The notes under the pieces: model-generated
What the model was told of the DNA's origin: nothing
The model's database searches: none
Seen by the model: only the letters and a program-made list of their open reading frames with translations
Part shown: positions 40,543-51,319 of the stretch, piece after piece
Layout: each line of letters begins with the position of its first letter
Numbering within the stretch: position 1 is the stretch's first letter
Position numbers and translations under genes: made by a program
Assembly: GCA_965205865.1 (NCBI GenBank)
Contig: CBDBHR010000029.1
Location: forward strand, 288,001-352,000
Origin: a bacterium
GTDB lineage: Bacteria; SAR324; NAC60-12
Direction: 5' to 3'
DNA length: 64,000 bases

Positions 40543-43500
40543 GTGAATGAAATCATGGATAACAATTTAGAAAAGGAACGGGGATTTTCGTATTTTGTCG
40601 GGACCTCGGTCATCCTTCACATTGTGGGGTTGTTCCTGATTCTCATCATCACTACGCCAACTGAGAAAAAAATTCAAAAATCTGGCGTACGAGTCGGAAT
40701 AAAATTTGCTCCTAAACATGTTGTAAGCGATTCCATAGCGCCTCCTTCTGATTCGCATGTGGAAGAAGTAGACGTGCAAGGTGAGATTTCAAAAGATGAT
40801 TCCGCGCAAAGCGCAGTTGCTTCTGAAAAACCCGCCTCTGAAATAGAGTTGGTTGAAACTGCAAAAAATAAGGATTCCCCCAAAAAGGAAAAGTTAACTG
40901 CACCGTCTAAAAAGAAACCATTGTTCGAAGAGGAGCAGCTTGCTCAATCTCCTGAAAAGCCTGCAATTCCTGAAAAGGAGCAAGTCGCTCAAGCTCCTGA
41001 AAAGCCCGCATCACCTGAAAAGGAGCAAGTCGCTCAAGCTCCGGAAAAGCCTGCAATTCCTGAAAAGGAGCAAGTCGCTCAAGCTCCGGAAAAACTTGCA
41101 ATTCCCGAAAAGGAGGTGGCCGCCATTCCTGAAAAGCCCGCATCACCTGAAAAGGAGGTTGCTACAATTTCTAAAGAACAGATCTCTCCTGAAAAAGAGA
41201 AATTGACTGCCCCTTCTAAAAAGCCCGCACCACTCGAAAAACAACAAATCGCTGAAACACTTGAAAAACCCTTGACAAGTGAAAAAGAGGTGGCGGCAAC
41301 TCCTGAAAAGAAGAAACTGGATTCAACACCTGAAAGGAATACGCCTTCCGAGCAGGAACAAGTCGTTCAAGCTGCAAAAAAATCTGCATCTCCTGAAAAA
41401 GAACAAGTCATTCAGGCACCGGAAAAGTCCGAACCAACCAGGAAGGAGCCGGTCGTACAAACTCCCGAAAAAATTACCCAGCCCAAGAACGAAGTGGTTA
41501 CAACTCCTGAAAAACCCGTAACTCCACAAAAACAAGTCGTTCAAGCTCCAAAAAAATCTGCATCTCCTGAAAAAGAACAAGTCATTCAGGCACCGGAAAA
41601 GCCCGAACAAACCAGGAAGGAGCCGGTCGTACAAACTCCCGAAAAAATTACCCAGCCCATGAACGAAGTGGTTACAACTCCTGAAAAACCCGTAACTCCA
41701 AAAAAACAAGTCGTTCAAGCTCCAAAAAAACCGAAGCCCATTGCAGAGGAAAATATTGTCAAAAATCCTAAAAAACAAGCACGTCCTGGGGAAGTGGCTC
41801 AAGCAGAACCGGTTTTTCCAAAAAAGGCAAAACCAATCGACCCTGTTGAATTGAGCCTAAAGCCCGAAGTAAAGCAATCGTCTCATCTTCCAGCCAAGCA
41901 ATTGGCGAAAAAAACAACTGAACCGCTTTTGTCTAAATTGAAACCCAAGACTCTGGCCAAGTCACTTTCCGAGCCAAAACGAACTCGAGCTTTGCTTGCC
42001 AGAAAATCAACAGCGACTCCGCAAACCCCCAATGTCACCGTGGAATCTTTGTCAGAATTGCCCTCAAGACCCAAAGATGAAACCATTGCCACACGCCTGA
42101 AATTGGATCCTTTGAAGCCCGCTCCGGATTTGTTAGATCAAGTCATCACCGAAACACCGGATTTGGAACCATTGGAACCCGCCTCGGGTCTCTCGGATGA
42201 AACCATTGCAACGAGCTTGAAATTGGATCCTTTGGAACCCACCCCGGATGTCACGGATGAGGCCATCACGGAAACTCCGCAATTGGAACTCGTAGAAACC
42301 GCATCTGTTCTCAAGGATGAAGCCATTGCAAACCTGGAACTGGACATAGAACCTGCTCCGGAAGTGTCGAATGAAGTCATTAGAGCAACTCCAAAATTAG
42401 AACCTGCAGAACCCGCTCCGGATCTTTCGGATGAAACCATTGCGGCGAGCTTGAAATTGGAACCCTTGGAGCCCGCCCCGGATGTATCCCATCAAACCGT
42501 TAGCGAAACTCCGAAATTAAAACCTACGGAATTCGCACCTGAGCTCTTGGAAGAAACCATTGTTGAAAACTTGGAGTTGGACTTGAAACCTGTCGATAGC
42601 GTGTCGCATGAAGCGATCACGACAACTCCGAAATTAGAGCTTGCAGAGCCCGCGCCTGGTCTCTCGGATGAAATCATTGCCAATCCGGAGTTGGAACCCT
42701 TGGAACCCGCACCGAATGTATCCCATCAAGCCGTTACCGTAACTCCGAAATTAAAACCTGCGGAATCTTCAGCGGAGCTCTTGGAAGAAACCATTGTTGA
42801 AAACTTGGAGTTGGACTTGAAACCTGTCGATAGCGTGTCGCATGAAGCGATCACTACAACTCCGAATTTAGAACCTGAGGAACCGGCGCCTAGCCTCTCG
42901 GATGAAACCTTCGCCAGCCTGGAGTTGGAACCATTGGAACCGGCTCCGGATGTGTCGCATGAAGTCGTCACTGCAACACCGAAATTAAAACCTACGAAAT
43001 TCGCGCCTGAACTCTTGGAAGAAACCATTGTTGAAAATTTGGACTTGGACTTGAAACCTGTCGATAGCGAGTCGCATGAAGCGATCACTACAACTCCGAA
43101 ATTAGAGCTTGCTGAGCCCGCGTCTGGTCTCTCGGATGAAACCATTGCCAATCCGGAGTTGGAACCCTTGGAACCCGCCCCGAATGTATCCCATCAAGCC
43201 GTTACCGTAACTCCGAAATTAAAACCTGCGGAATCTTCAGCGGAGCTCTTGGAAGAAACCATTGTTGAAAACTTGGAGTTGGACTTGAAACCTGTCGATA
43301 GCGTGTCGCATGAAGCGATCACTACAACTCCGAATTTAGAACCTGAGGAACCGGCGCCTAGCCTCTCGGATGAAACCTTTGCCAGCCTGGATTTGGAACC
43401 ATTGGAACCATCCGAATGTGTCGCATGAAGTCGTCACTGCAACACCGAAATTAAAACCTGCGGAACGGAGCTCTTGGAAGAAACCATTGTTGAAAACTTG

Positions 43501-45237
43501 GAGTTGGACTTGAAACCTGTCGATAGCGTGTCGCATGAAGCGATCACTACAACTCCGAATTTAGAACCTGAGGAACCGGCGCCTAGCCTCTCGGATGAAA
43601 CCTTTGCCAGCCTGGAGTTGGAACCATTGGAACCGGCTCCGGATGTGTCGCATGAAGTCGTCACTGCAACACCGAAATTAGAACCTGAGGAACCGGCGCC
43701 CAGTCTCTCGGATGAAACCATCGCGAGCCTGGATTTGGAGCCATTGGGACCGGCTCCGGATGTGTCGCATGAAGTCGTCACTGCAACACCGAAATTAAAG
43801 CATGCTGAACCCACTCCTGGTCTTTCGAAAGAAACCGTCGCCGCGAGTTTGAAATTGGAAACCTTGGAACCCACTCCGGATGTGTCGCATGAAGTCATCA
43901 CCGAGACTCCGAAGTTAGAGTCCTCAGAACCCACGACTGAACTCTTGGATGAAACCGTTGTCACTAATCTGGAACTGGACTTGGAACCCTCTGCGGAAGT
44001 GTCACCGGAAGCCATCACCACAACTCCGGAACTTGGGCCATCGGAACCTGCTCCTGGTCTTTCGGATGAAACCATTGCCACCAACCTGGAATTGGACTTG
44101 GAACCCTCCCCTGATGTTGCAGATGAAGCCATTGCCACTCTCCCAAAATTGGAAATGGAACCTGCACCTGATTTACCGGAAGATGCCATCACCACCCTGG
44201 AGTTGGAACCCCTGGAACCCTCCCCTGATGTTGCAGATGAAGCCATCACCGCAACTCCGGATTTGGAACCGGTGGAACCAGTTTCGGGGGCATCAGAGGA
44301 AGCCATCAATGCAAGCCTGGAATTGGAATTAGAACCCGTCCCCACTGTCTCGGATGAAGCCATCACTGCAATTCCGGATCTGGAACCGACGGAACCGGTT
44401 TCTGGGGCATCGGAGGAAGCCATCGACACAAGCCTGGAACTGGACTTAGAACCTGTCCCTGAAGTCTTGGATGAAGCCATTACGGAAACGCCGGAGTTGA
44501 ACTCGAAACCCGCGCCCAATCTATCGGGCGAAGCTATTGCCGATCTGGAGTCAGAACCCTTGAAACCGGCACCTAAAGTGTCGGATGAAGCTATCACGGA
44601 AACACCGGAGTTGGATTTGAAACCGGCACCAAAGTTGTCGGATAAAGCTATCGCCGCCCTGGAGTTGAAACCTTTAGTACCCGCCCCGGCTGTCACGGAC
44701 AAAGCCATTACAACAGTACTGGAATTGCAGACTAACGAAGCTGTCCCTGATATCGTAGAGATCTCTCTGAACGTAGAACCGGAGCCTGGCAACACGCAGG
44801 TTGATGGAAAAATAGGGTCGCAAGATTTCGAATTTAAAAAAGGGAGTAGTTCCCAAACTGTTGTCAAGGCTGGCTCCCCAAATTTGAAACCTCTAAAAGC
44901 AAGTTCCCAAGCTGAACAAGGTGCGGGCAATGTAGCTTTTGGCCCATCGTATCAATTACGTGTGGAACGTGAGCAATACAATAGGTTAATTGTAGTCGCT
45001 GTCCAGCAAGAGTTTGAGGCGCCGGATCTTCACAAAGATAAAAAACTTGTTGTTTTTATTGAGGTCATGATTGGGGCTAAGGGGCAACTTGTTGAGCATA
45101 AGCTGCAACGAAGCAGCAGGGTCGGAGAATTTGATTTTGCCGCCATCACTGCGGTAAAAACAGCACAATTCCCAAGGCTTCCCGAACACTTGTCAAAGGA
45201 CCCTCCTTATGTCGTGGTATTGAGAATTTCACCTTAA
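40543..45237 (+). CDS. Giant TolA/TonB-like protein, about 1560 aa, interrupted by two compensating deletions at 43410-43466
   Basis: N-terminal TM with SVILH, long Pro/Glu/Lys repeats, TonB/TolA-type C-terminus (RSSRVGEFDFAAITAV), directly upstream of tolB. Both ORFs are in the same frame. Confidence 0.75.
40951..41160 (+). repeat. 45-bp coding tandem repeats
   Basis: Units start at 40951, 40996, 41041 and 41086 (PEKPAIPEKEQVAQA). Confidence 0.85.
41359..41730 (+). repeat. 174-bp tandem duplication
   Basis: CAAGTCGTTCAAGCT recurs at 41359, 41533 and 41707. Confidence 0.85.
42400..44700 (+). repeat. Acidic repeat array with 234-bp units and degenerate subunits
   Basis: GAAGAAACCATTGTTGAAAA at 42550, 42784, 43018, 43252 and 43477. 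Confidence 0.85.
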
Positions 45238-45330
45238 CTTATCAATTCGTCACTATTTGAATTGCTGAAACTCGAGAACTCCGGTATGATAAAAACTGCG
45301 CAAACAAAATTTAAACGCAAAGGATTAGAG

Positions 45331-46596
45331 ATGTTACGAATGATTGTGATTGGATTTTTATGTTGGATTCTTCCTTATTTTGCTTTAGGACAGACACGTT
45401 CTCCAGATGTCGTATCGATTCAAGGACTCAAATTTTCTCGCTTTATACTTTCCGTTAAAACACCAGCCAATTTTTCAGCGCATCCCAAATCAGAAAGGTG
45501 GTTGCGCCTTTTGGAGAAAAACCTTTGCTGGAGTGGAGTTTTTAAGTTGTTTGATTCGGTCAACAACTACTGCCGGGTTTCCAGTGGGCAATTGGATTTG
45601 CAATTGCATGTGGGAATCAAACAAAGTGGCAGGCCAGTAGTAACACTGACTGTTACAGACTCGGACGGAGCTGCCTTGTTTGAGGAGCAGATCCCCCTGG
45701 TCCAGAATCGGCTTAGGGAAACGGATGTGATGGAAGTGGTCAACCAAATCACTGAGAAACTCACCGTGCAACCGGGTATTCTGGGCTCCACCATCGCCTT
45801 TAGCTTCAAACAACCTGGTTATGAAAGTGTGATTGCCCGAGTCAATACTCACGGGCAACACTTGGCAGCGGTTTCCCGCAACCAGTTTATCAGCATTATA
45901 CCGGAATGGAATCCCACTGGAACTTCCATTGTTTATACGGTGGTTAGCCGTTCCGGAACTTCGGTCTACCATGATGATCTCAGGGGAAATATTCAACAAT
46001 TGGTTGAACAAGGTGGCGTCAATACGGGAGGGACCTGGAGTAAGAATGGCAAGTCCCTCATTTTCTCCTATAGCAGAAAAGGCAATGCAGATCTTTATAT
46101 GTATCATTTGGAAACCCAAAAACTTACTCGATTGACCACGCATCCGCGCATCGACACGTCTCCTTCTTTGTCGCCAGATGGGCAATATCTCCTGTTTGTT
46201 TCAGACCGTGCAGGCAGTCCACAAATATACCTCATGCAATTGCCAACCAAAGATGTGTATCGCGTGACCTTTACCGACACCCGCAATACAGACCCTGTTT
46301 GGAGCCCGGACGGCTCTATGATTGCTTTTACTAAATTCACCCGGGGAAGGGATCAAATTTATATAATGGACAGTGTAGGAGAAAATGCCCGTCCTCTCAT
46401 CCAAAGTCCATATCCTTCTGAACAACCGGCGTGGTCTCCGGATAATAGGCAGATCATCTTTTCGTCCAAACGCGGAAAAGACTTTAAACTATATGCGGTT
46501 TTTCTAGATGGAAAAGGACTACGCCGATTGACCCGCACACCGGAAGGATTTAAAGAGAATTCCCCTTCTTGGACACTTCGCCGTCTGGATTTTTAG
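45331..46596 (+). CDS. tolB: Tol-Pal beta-propeller protein
   Basis: PD40 repeats (SPSLSPDG, FVSDRAGSPQIY, PVWSPDG, PAWSPD) after a signal peptide. Confidence 0.88.
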   Translation: MLRMIVIGFLCWILPYFALGQTRSPDVVSIQGLKFSRFILSVKTPANFSAHPKSERWLRLLEKNLCWSGVFKLFDSVNNYCRVSSGQLDLQLHVGIKQSGRPVVTLTVTDSDGAALFEEQIPLVQNRLRETDVMEVVNQITEKLTVQPGILGSTIAFSFKQPGYESVIARVNTHGQHLAAVSRNQFISIIPEWNPTGTSIVYTVVSRSGTSVYHDDLRGNIQQLVEQGGVNTGGTWSKNGKSLIFSYSRKGNADLYMYHLETQKLTRLTTHPRIDTSPSLSPDGQYLLFVSDRAGSPQIYLMQLPTKDVYRVTFTDTRNTDPVWSPDGSMIAFTKFTRGRDQIYIMDSVGENARPLIQSPYPSEQPAWSPDNRQIIFSSKRGKDFKLYAVFLDGKGLRRLTRTPEGFKENSPSWTLRRLDF

Positions 46597-46605
46597 GATT
46601 GACTT

Positions 46606-47520
46606 ATGACAACCCGCAGTGCTTCTTTGGCAGAGACCGCCTGCAATCGTCTTTGGTTTTACGGATTGATGGTGGTAAGTGGGATTTTAGTTGGCTGTTC
46701 CCCTCCACCGAACCCTGCGCAAACTGCTGCTACTACCCAGTCCAGTGTACTCACGAAGATCGAAACACGAATCCGGAGCCTGGAGCGCCAATCCATTGTG
46801 CTCGATCAAATGCAAAAGGAATTGAACAGTGTTCAACAAAGAATTGAGGAATTGGAAAAACTCCAAGAGAATATTCAGGAAATCAAACAGTTGGAACGAA
46901 ATCAGAATCAGTTGTTGCTGGAATATCAGGAAGAGTTTGAAGACCGGATGACTCGGCTAGAAACTAATCTGGAACGAAATACTCGACGATTCCGCCAATT
47001 GACAGGAAAAGAACAGCTTCAGGATGGAGCAAGTTCCCCCAGCGAGCAAATGGATTCCAAGACCGGTTCAGTGCAAGAATTGGATTCCTCCAGGTCAGGA
47101 GACTCTGCAGTTTTCCAAGAACCTCCAGCCCCTCCCCCCAGTGTTGAACAGCAATTTGAAACAGCGTGGGAATTGTATAACACCAAACAATTTTTTAAAG
47201 CTATCGAACTTTTGAGGGAATTCAGAGTGAAACATCCCGATCATCCCAGTACAGTGGACGCTCATTATTTATTAGGAGACGCCTATTACTCTATGCAGGA
47301 TTATCCCTCCGCTGCCATCGAGCTTTACGAATTTGTCGAACAAAACTCCCATCATCCTAGTGCTTCTGACGCACGGTGGAAGCTTGCGCAATCCCTTGAG
47401 AAATCCGGAGAAATTGGATTGGCCTTGAGTATCTATCAGGAATTGGCGAGTCAGGACGATTCTCCCTATCGAAAACGGGCGCAGGAAAAGTTGGCAGCGT
47501 ATGAAAATCAACAAAAATGA
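46606..47520 (+). CDS. CpoB/YbgF-like coiled-coil + TPR lipoprotein
   Basis: Lipobox ILVGC, coiled coil, C-terminal TPRs (AHYLLGDAYY); follows tolB. Confidence 0.75.
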   Translation: MTTRSASLAETACNRLWFYGLMVVSGILVGCSPPPNPAQTAATTQSSVLTKIETRIRSLERQSIVLDQMQKELNSVQQRIEELEKLQENIQEIKQLERNQNQLLLEYQEEFEDRMTRLETNLERNTRRFRQLTGKEQLQDGASSPSEQMDSKTGSVQELDSSRSGDSAVFQEPPAPPPSVEQQFETAWELYNTKQFFKAIELLREFRVKHPDHPSTVDAHYLLGDAYYSMQDYPSAAIELYEFVEQNSHHPSASDARWKLAQSLEKSGEIGLALSIYQELASQDDSPYRKRAQEKLAAYENQQK

Positions 47521-47824
47521 TTTTTTTATTCCTGACCTCTGCCAAACACCGGATCCTGAAGAAATTGCCAGGGAAAAACGCAAAGCTCAAATGTTGCGCA
47601 GATCACAATGGTGGAAAAACAAACGCGGAAAAAATCGATGTTACTATTGCCAAAAGAATTTTTCCGCCAAAGAACTGACCATGGACCATCGGATTCCCTT
47701 GACAAGAGGTGGAAAAAGCAGCAAATCCAATATTGTGCCCTGTTGCAAGGAATGCAACAACAATAAAAAATACTTGCTACCTTCTGAATGGGAATCATAC
47801 TTGGCGCAATTGCAAAGGATCTGA
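47501..47824 (+). CDS. HNH endonuclease
   Basis: CYYC...TMDHRIPLTRGGKS...NIVPCCKECNNNK. Confidence 0.9.
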   Translation: MKINKNDFFIPDLCQTPDPEEIAREKRKAQMLRRSQWWKNKRGKNRCYYCQKNFSAKELTMDHRIPLTRGGKSSKSNIVPCCKECNNNKKYLLPSEWESYLAQLQRI

Positions 47825-47896
47825 TGTCCGTTCGAATAGAATAGCTCTCGTTGAAAGATGTCGCAGCCTCTTGGATTGCAAGAAAACTTGGTTCTA

Positions 47897-48955
47897 TCAT
47901 TGAACCGAGTTGGGCAAAGGAAACTGCTCGATCTCTCCCTTTTCGCCTGCTTTGACTGCCAGGGAATTTTTTTCCAAAACCCGTTTGTATTTGAGATACC
48001 CAATGCCATGCTGGACCGTTCCCCGAACAATTCGACTCAAGCTAGTGATTTTTCCAATTTTCTCTTGATCGTGAAACAGTGATTGCCCTGTCTGTAGTTG
48101 TAAAGCGCATGGGACGACGAGACCGACAGACTGCCAATTGGGATGTCCGCGATGATACATACGCGCATGCGTTTCTTGTCCAATATAGCACCCTTTTTGA
48201 TAGGAGATATGATCCATCAGTGCAGCTTCCTGAGGAAAATTGTCCTGAGTATAATCCACCCCAAAGCGTGGAATTCCAGCATCAACCCTGATATGATCAT
48301 ATGCGTCGAAACCAGTGAGTCGAAGACCATGCTGACTGGTTAACAACTCACTGAGAAAGTCTGTAAAAACAACATGTGGGACGATGTTGATAAAATGCGG
48401 AAATTCCCCAAGCATCGAGAAGTAAGAGAGCATGCCGTGATTCTGAAAACGCCAATCCAATTCACCGGCATAACCCAATTCGTAAAGGGATTCAGCAGAG
48501 CAGGGACCCAACAGGTCGCAACGCAGGTAATCAGGGATCAGCAGTTTCATTTCCAGAACCTCTTGAATATGAAAATGATCCAAATAACCTTCCACATAAG
48601 GTCCCTCCCCAGGATTTGTCAACAGAAAGTATTCATCCTCTGAAGCGCGTAGTATTTTGACTTCATACAAAATCCGGCCCTTGTGATTCGATAAGAGATT
48701 GGGCTGAAGCTGCCCGATTTGGATCTGCTTGACATCATTACTAACCATGCCCTGCAGGAATTGCGCGGCCTCAATTCCTTTCAGGGAAATCATGTGGAAA
48801 GATTTGAAGTCTAAAATACCGGAGGCTGTTTGTATAGTCCGAATGTCCTGGTCGACTCCAATTGCATAACGCAGGGGAAGATTGATTCCCTCAATTTCTA
48901 CAAATTCGGCCGCCTGTTTTTCGTGGAAAGCATCAATTTCAGAAAAAATACTCAT
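47897..48955 (-). CDS. YgfZ/GcvT-like folate-binding protein
   Basis: FLQGMVSND and KGCYIGQE signature. Confidence 0.88.
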   Translation of the reverse strand: MSIFSEIDAFHEKQAAEFVEIEGINLPLRYAIGVDQDIRTIQTASGILDFKSFHMISLKGIEAAQFLQGMVSNDVKQIQIGQLQPNLLSNHKGRILYEVKILRASEDEYFLLTNPGEGPYVEGYLDHFHIQEVLEMKLLIPDYLRCDLLGPCSAESLYELGYAGELDWRFQNHGMLSYFSMLGEFPHFINIVPHVVFTDFLSELLTSQHGLRLTGFDAYDHIRVDAGIPRFGVDYTQDNFPQEAALMDHISYQKGCYIGQETHARMYHRGHPNWQSVGLVVPCALQLQTGQSLFHDQEKIGKITSLSRIVRGTVQHGIGYLKYKRVLEKNSLAVKAGEKGEIEQFPLPNSVQ

Positions 48956-49240
48956 CACCTGTGGAATGCATATCTGGTTTAAAGAATGAAGCGAAAGTGC
49001 CTTCATTCAAATGGCAAAACGATTGTGATTTCAGCCTCGCTTCATGTTTGCAGAGGAGGTAAGCAGGTTGGAAAATTTTATCCTTGGAAAGATTATCTAA
49101 ATAATTTTATTGTAACGAAAAATTTGTAAAAATCAACTTTCGTAAGCCAACTACCGGCTCTTAGCAAATTCGGTTTTCAATAGATGGACGACACTCTGAG
49201 AAATGCTCAGTCCGTGTCCGGCTTCTCTCGAAACGAACTT

Positions 49241-50080
49241 TCAAGGAGTCACCATTAATTTTTTCAGAAAGGCTATTCGGTCATCGGCCATCATGGCGGC
49301 ATTGCCGATTAAGATGGCATCATACGGTAAAGGAACAAGCTGTTCAACATGTTCGGGCGCACTGATGCAACTGGCACTGATGAGTATTTTACCAGGTTGG
49401 GCTTTCCATTCCCGCAAGGCTATCCAATTTTTCCACCAATTCAGACTCACTTCCACGCTCCCTTGGTTATAGTTCTGACTAGGGTCCGCAGGAATGGAAG
49501 CAATCGGACGGTTGTTGATCAGAAGGATATCCGGATTGACATTCAGGGCGCGAGGCAACTCTTCTACCAAGGAACATTCCACTACGGCTTGCAGACCAAT
49601 CAGTCTGGAATGTTCCAGGATTGTTTTTAATTCAGCTTCCCTGAAATAATAAACCAGGATGAGTGCGGCACTCGCGCCACGTACCCGCCCTTGTAGGAGT
49701 TGGTAAGGATGGAGGATGAATTCTTTGTGCAGTAAAGGCAGGACCGTCCTTTGACGGACTCTTGCCAGAGTCTCCAAGGAGCCCCCGAAATACTTTTTGT
49801 CCGTTAAAACAGAAACAGCCTTGGCGCCTCCCGCTTCGTAATCCTCAACAACACGCTCCGGATCAAGATTTTTTACATTTTCCCGACTCGGTGCTTTTGC
49901 TTTCACTTCAGCAATGATAGAAAGTGGTTGCTGGAGAGACCTTTGGATCGCTCCGGCAAATGAGAGGGGGGGATCGAGAGCTTCAATTTGTTCCCACAAT
50001 GCTTTTTCCGGAACTTCATATTGATCTGCCGCAATTTCCCGTAGTTTCTCTTGACGAACTTTATCTAGAAAAGTTTTCAA
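49241..50080 (-). CDS. trpC: Indole-3-glycerol-phosphate synthase
   Basis: IIAEVKAKAPS, SVLTDKKYFGGS, LPLLHKEFI and INNR motifs; somewhat divergent. Confidence 0.8.
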   Translation of the reverse strand: MKTFLDKVRQEKLREIAADQYEVPEKALWEQIEALDPPLSFAGAIQRSLQQPLSIIAEVKAKAPSRENVKNLDPERVVEDYEAGGAKAVSVLTDKKYFGGSLETLARVRQRTVLPLLHKEFILHPYQLLQGRVRGASAALILVYYFREAELKTILEHSRLIGLQAVVECSLVEELPRALNVNPDILLINNRPIASIPADPSQNYNQGSVEVSLNWWKNWIALREWKAQPGKILISASCISAPEHVEQLVPLPYDAILIGNAAMMADDRIAFLKKLMVTP

Positions 50081-50129
50081 AAATTCTCCAAAACATATTA
50101 TGAAATATCAATGAGTTTCCTTTTTTCTG

Positions 50130-50915
50130 TCACCTAGATTTTTCAGATTGATTGCGGGGCGCAACCAGTATTGAAACAAAAATACTGATCTCATAGAGCA
50201 GAATCAGCGGCACGGCCATCAAGGCTTGCGTGAAAATATCAGGTGGCGTTAAAATGGCTGCCACGATGAAGGTCGCGATGATCGCATATTTGCGATTTTT
50301 ACGAAGCCATGCTGCGTCAATGACCCCCAAACGGGTGAGAAACACAGCGATGATTGGCAACTCAAAAATCAATCCGAAAACAAAGAGAATGCGAATGGTC
50401 AATGAAAAATAAGCCCCCATTCTCAAGGAAGGTTCAGTAAAAACGTTCTGAAAACTGAGAAAAAAGTCATAGCCCAGCGGAAGCACGACAAAATAGCCAA
50501 ACAATCCTCCTCCTACAAAAAGTGGATATGATAAAAACAAAAACGGCCAAAATAAGCGTCTCTCTTTTGGATAGAGTGCAGGTCGGGCAAAAAGCCAAAC
50601 TTGTCCCAGGGTAATCGGAAGGGTAAAAAATAAACTGGTATACAAACCAACCCGTAGATAAGTAAAAAAAGGTTCGGTTAATTCATCAAAGACCAGTGGG
50701 ATATTACGAGCGTCCAGGGGCTTACGAAACAAAGTCAGAATGGGTTGTTCAAGTTCGATTTCAATCATCGCTGCTATAACGAATCCTGCGAAAATGAAAG
50801 CTCCTGAAATCACAATGCGTTTCCTCAATTCAGACAGGTGCTCCGTCAAGGGCATGGGAGGATCATGAAGACTTTCTTCCGAGGAGGTCGAGTTTTTCTT
50901 TTTAGTCATTGCCAT
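50130..50915 (-). CDS. tatC: Twin-arginine translocase subunit
   Basis: EHLSELRKR, FARPALY, FELP and AAILTPPD motifs. Confidence 0.95.
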   Translation of the reverse strand: MAMTKKKNSTSSEESLHDPPMPLTEHLSELRKRIVISGAFIFAGFVIAAMIEIELEQPILTLFRKPLDARNIPLVFDELTEPFFTYLRVGLYTSLFFTLPITLGQVWLFARPALYPKERRLFWPFLFLSYPLFVGGGLFGYFVVLPLGYDFFLSFQNVFTEPSLRMGAYFSLTIRILFVFGLIFELPIIAVFLTRLGVIDAAWLRKNRKYAIIATFIVAAILTPPDIFTQALMAVPLILLYEISIFVSILVAPRNQSEKSR

Positions 50916-51319
50916 CTTTGCTAATCACTAATGAGTTTGGCAGAAGGAATGTGTTATACTGAATGGTCATTTTCCTGCTATGTCATTCTTGCAATAAAAT
51001 CATCGGCAGCCATTGAGTCCGGACATTTGATGATAAATTCTCAATATCCATTTATACAATGCCTATTGAGGGGGTAAACACGGATATTTCACTTAGTATA
51101 AGCGTCGGATTAATCCGGTGCAATTTAAAAGATAAAGCTGAAAAACATTTTTGACCTTGGAAAATTTTAGCAAATGATGCTGCTGAGCATTCATATCGTT
51201 TCGATCACAATCCTCATTGCTGTGGTAGGGAGTATCGCCTATCAGATGGGAAAGAAAGAGGGCATCCGAGTCAGCCGGACTGAATGCGAAGACCTTCCCC
51301 AATGACGAAGTAGTACTTC

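Noticed and set aside
40951-44700. Long repeat array as CRISPR or non-coding satellite
   Set aside because: All periods are multiples of three and lie within a coding frame.
44871-44880. TGGCTCCCCA match to the tRNA-Asn 3' end as an att site
   Set aside because: Short, inside a coding gene and on the wrong side of the tRNA; likely chance.
43434-44930. 498-aa minus-strand ORF
   Set aside because: Antisense shadow of the repeat-rich TolA-like gene.
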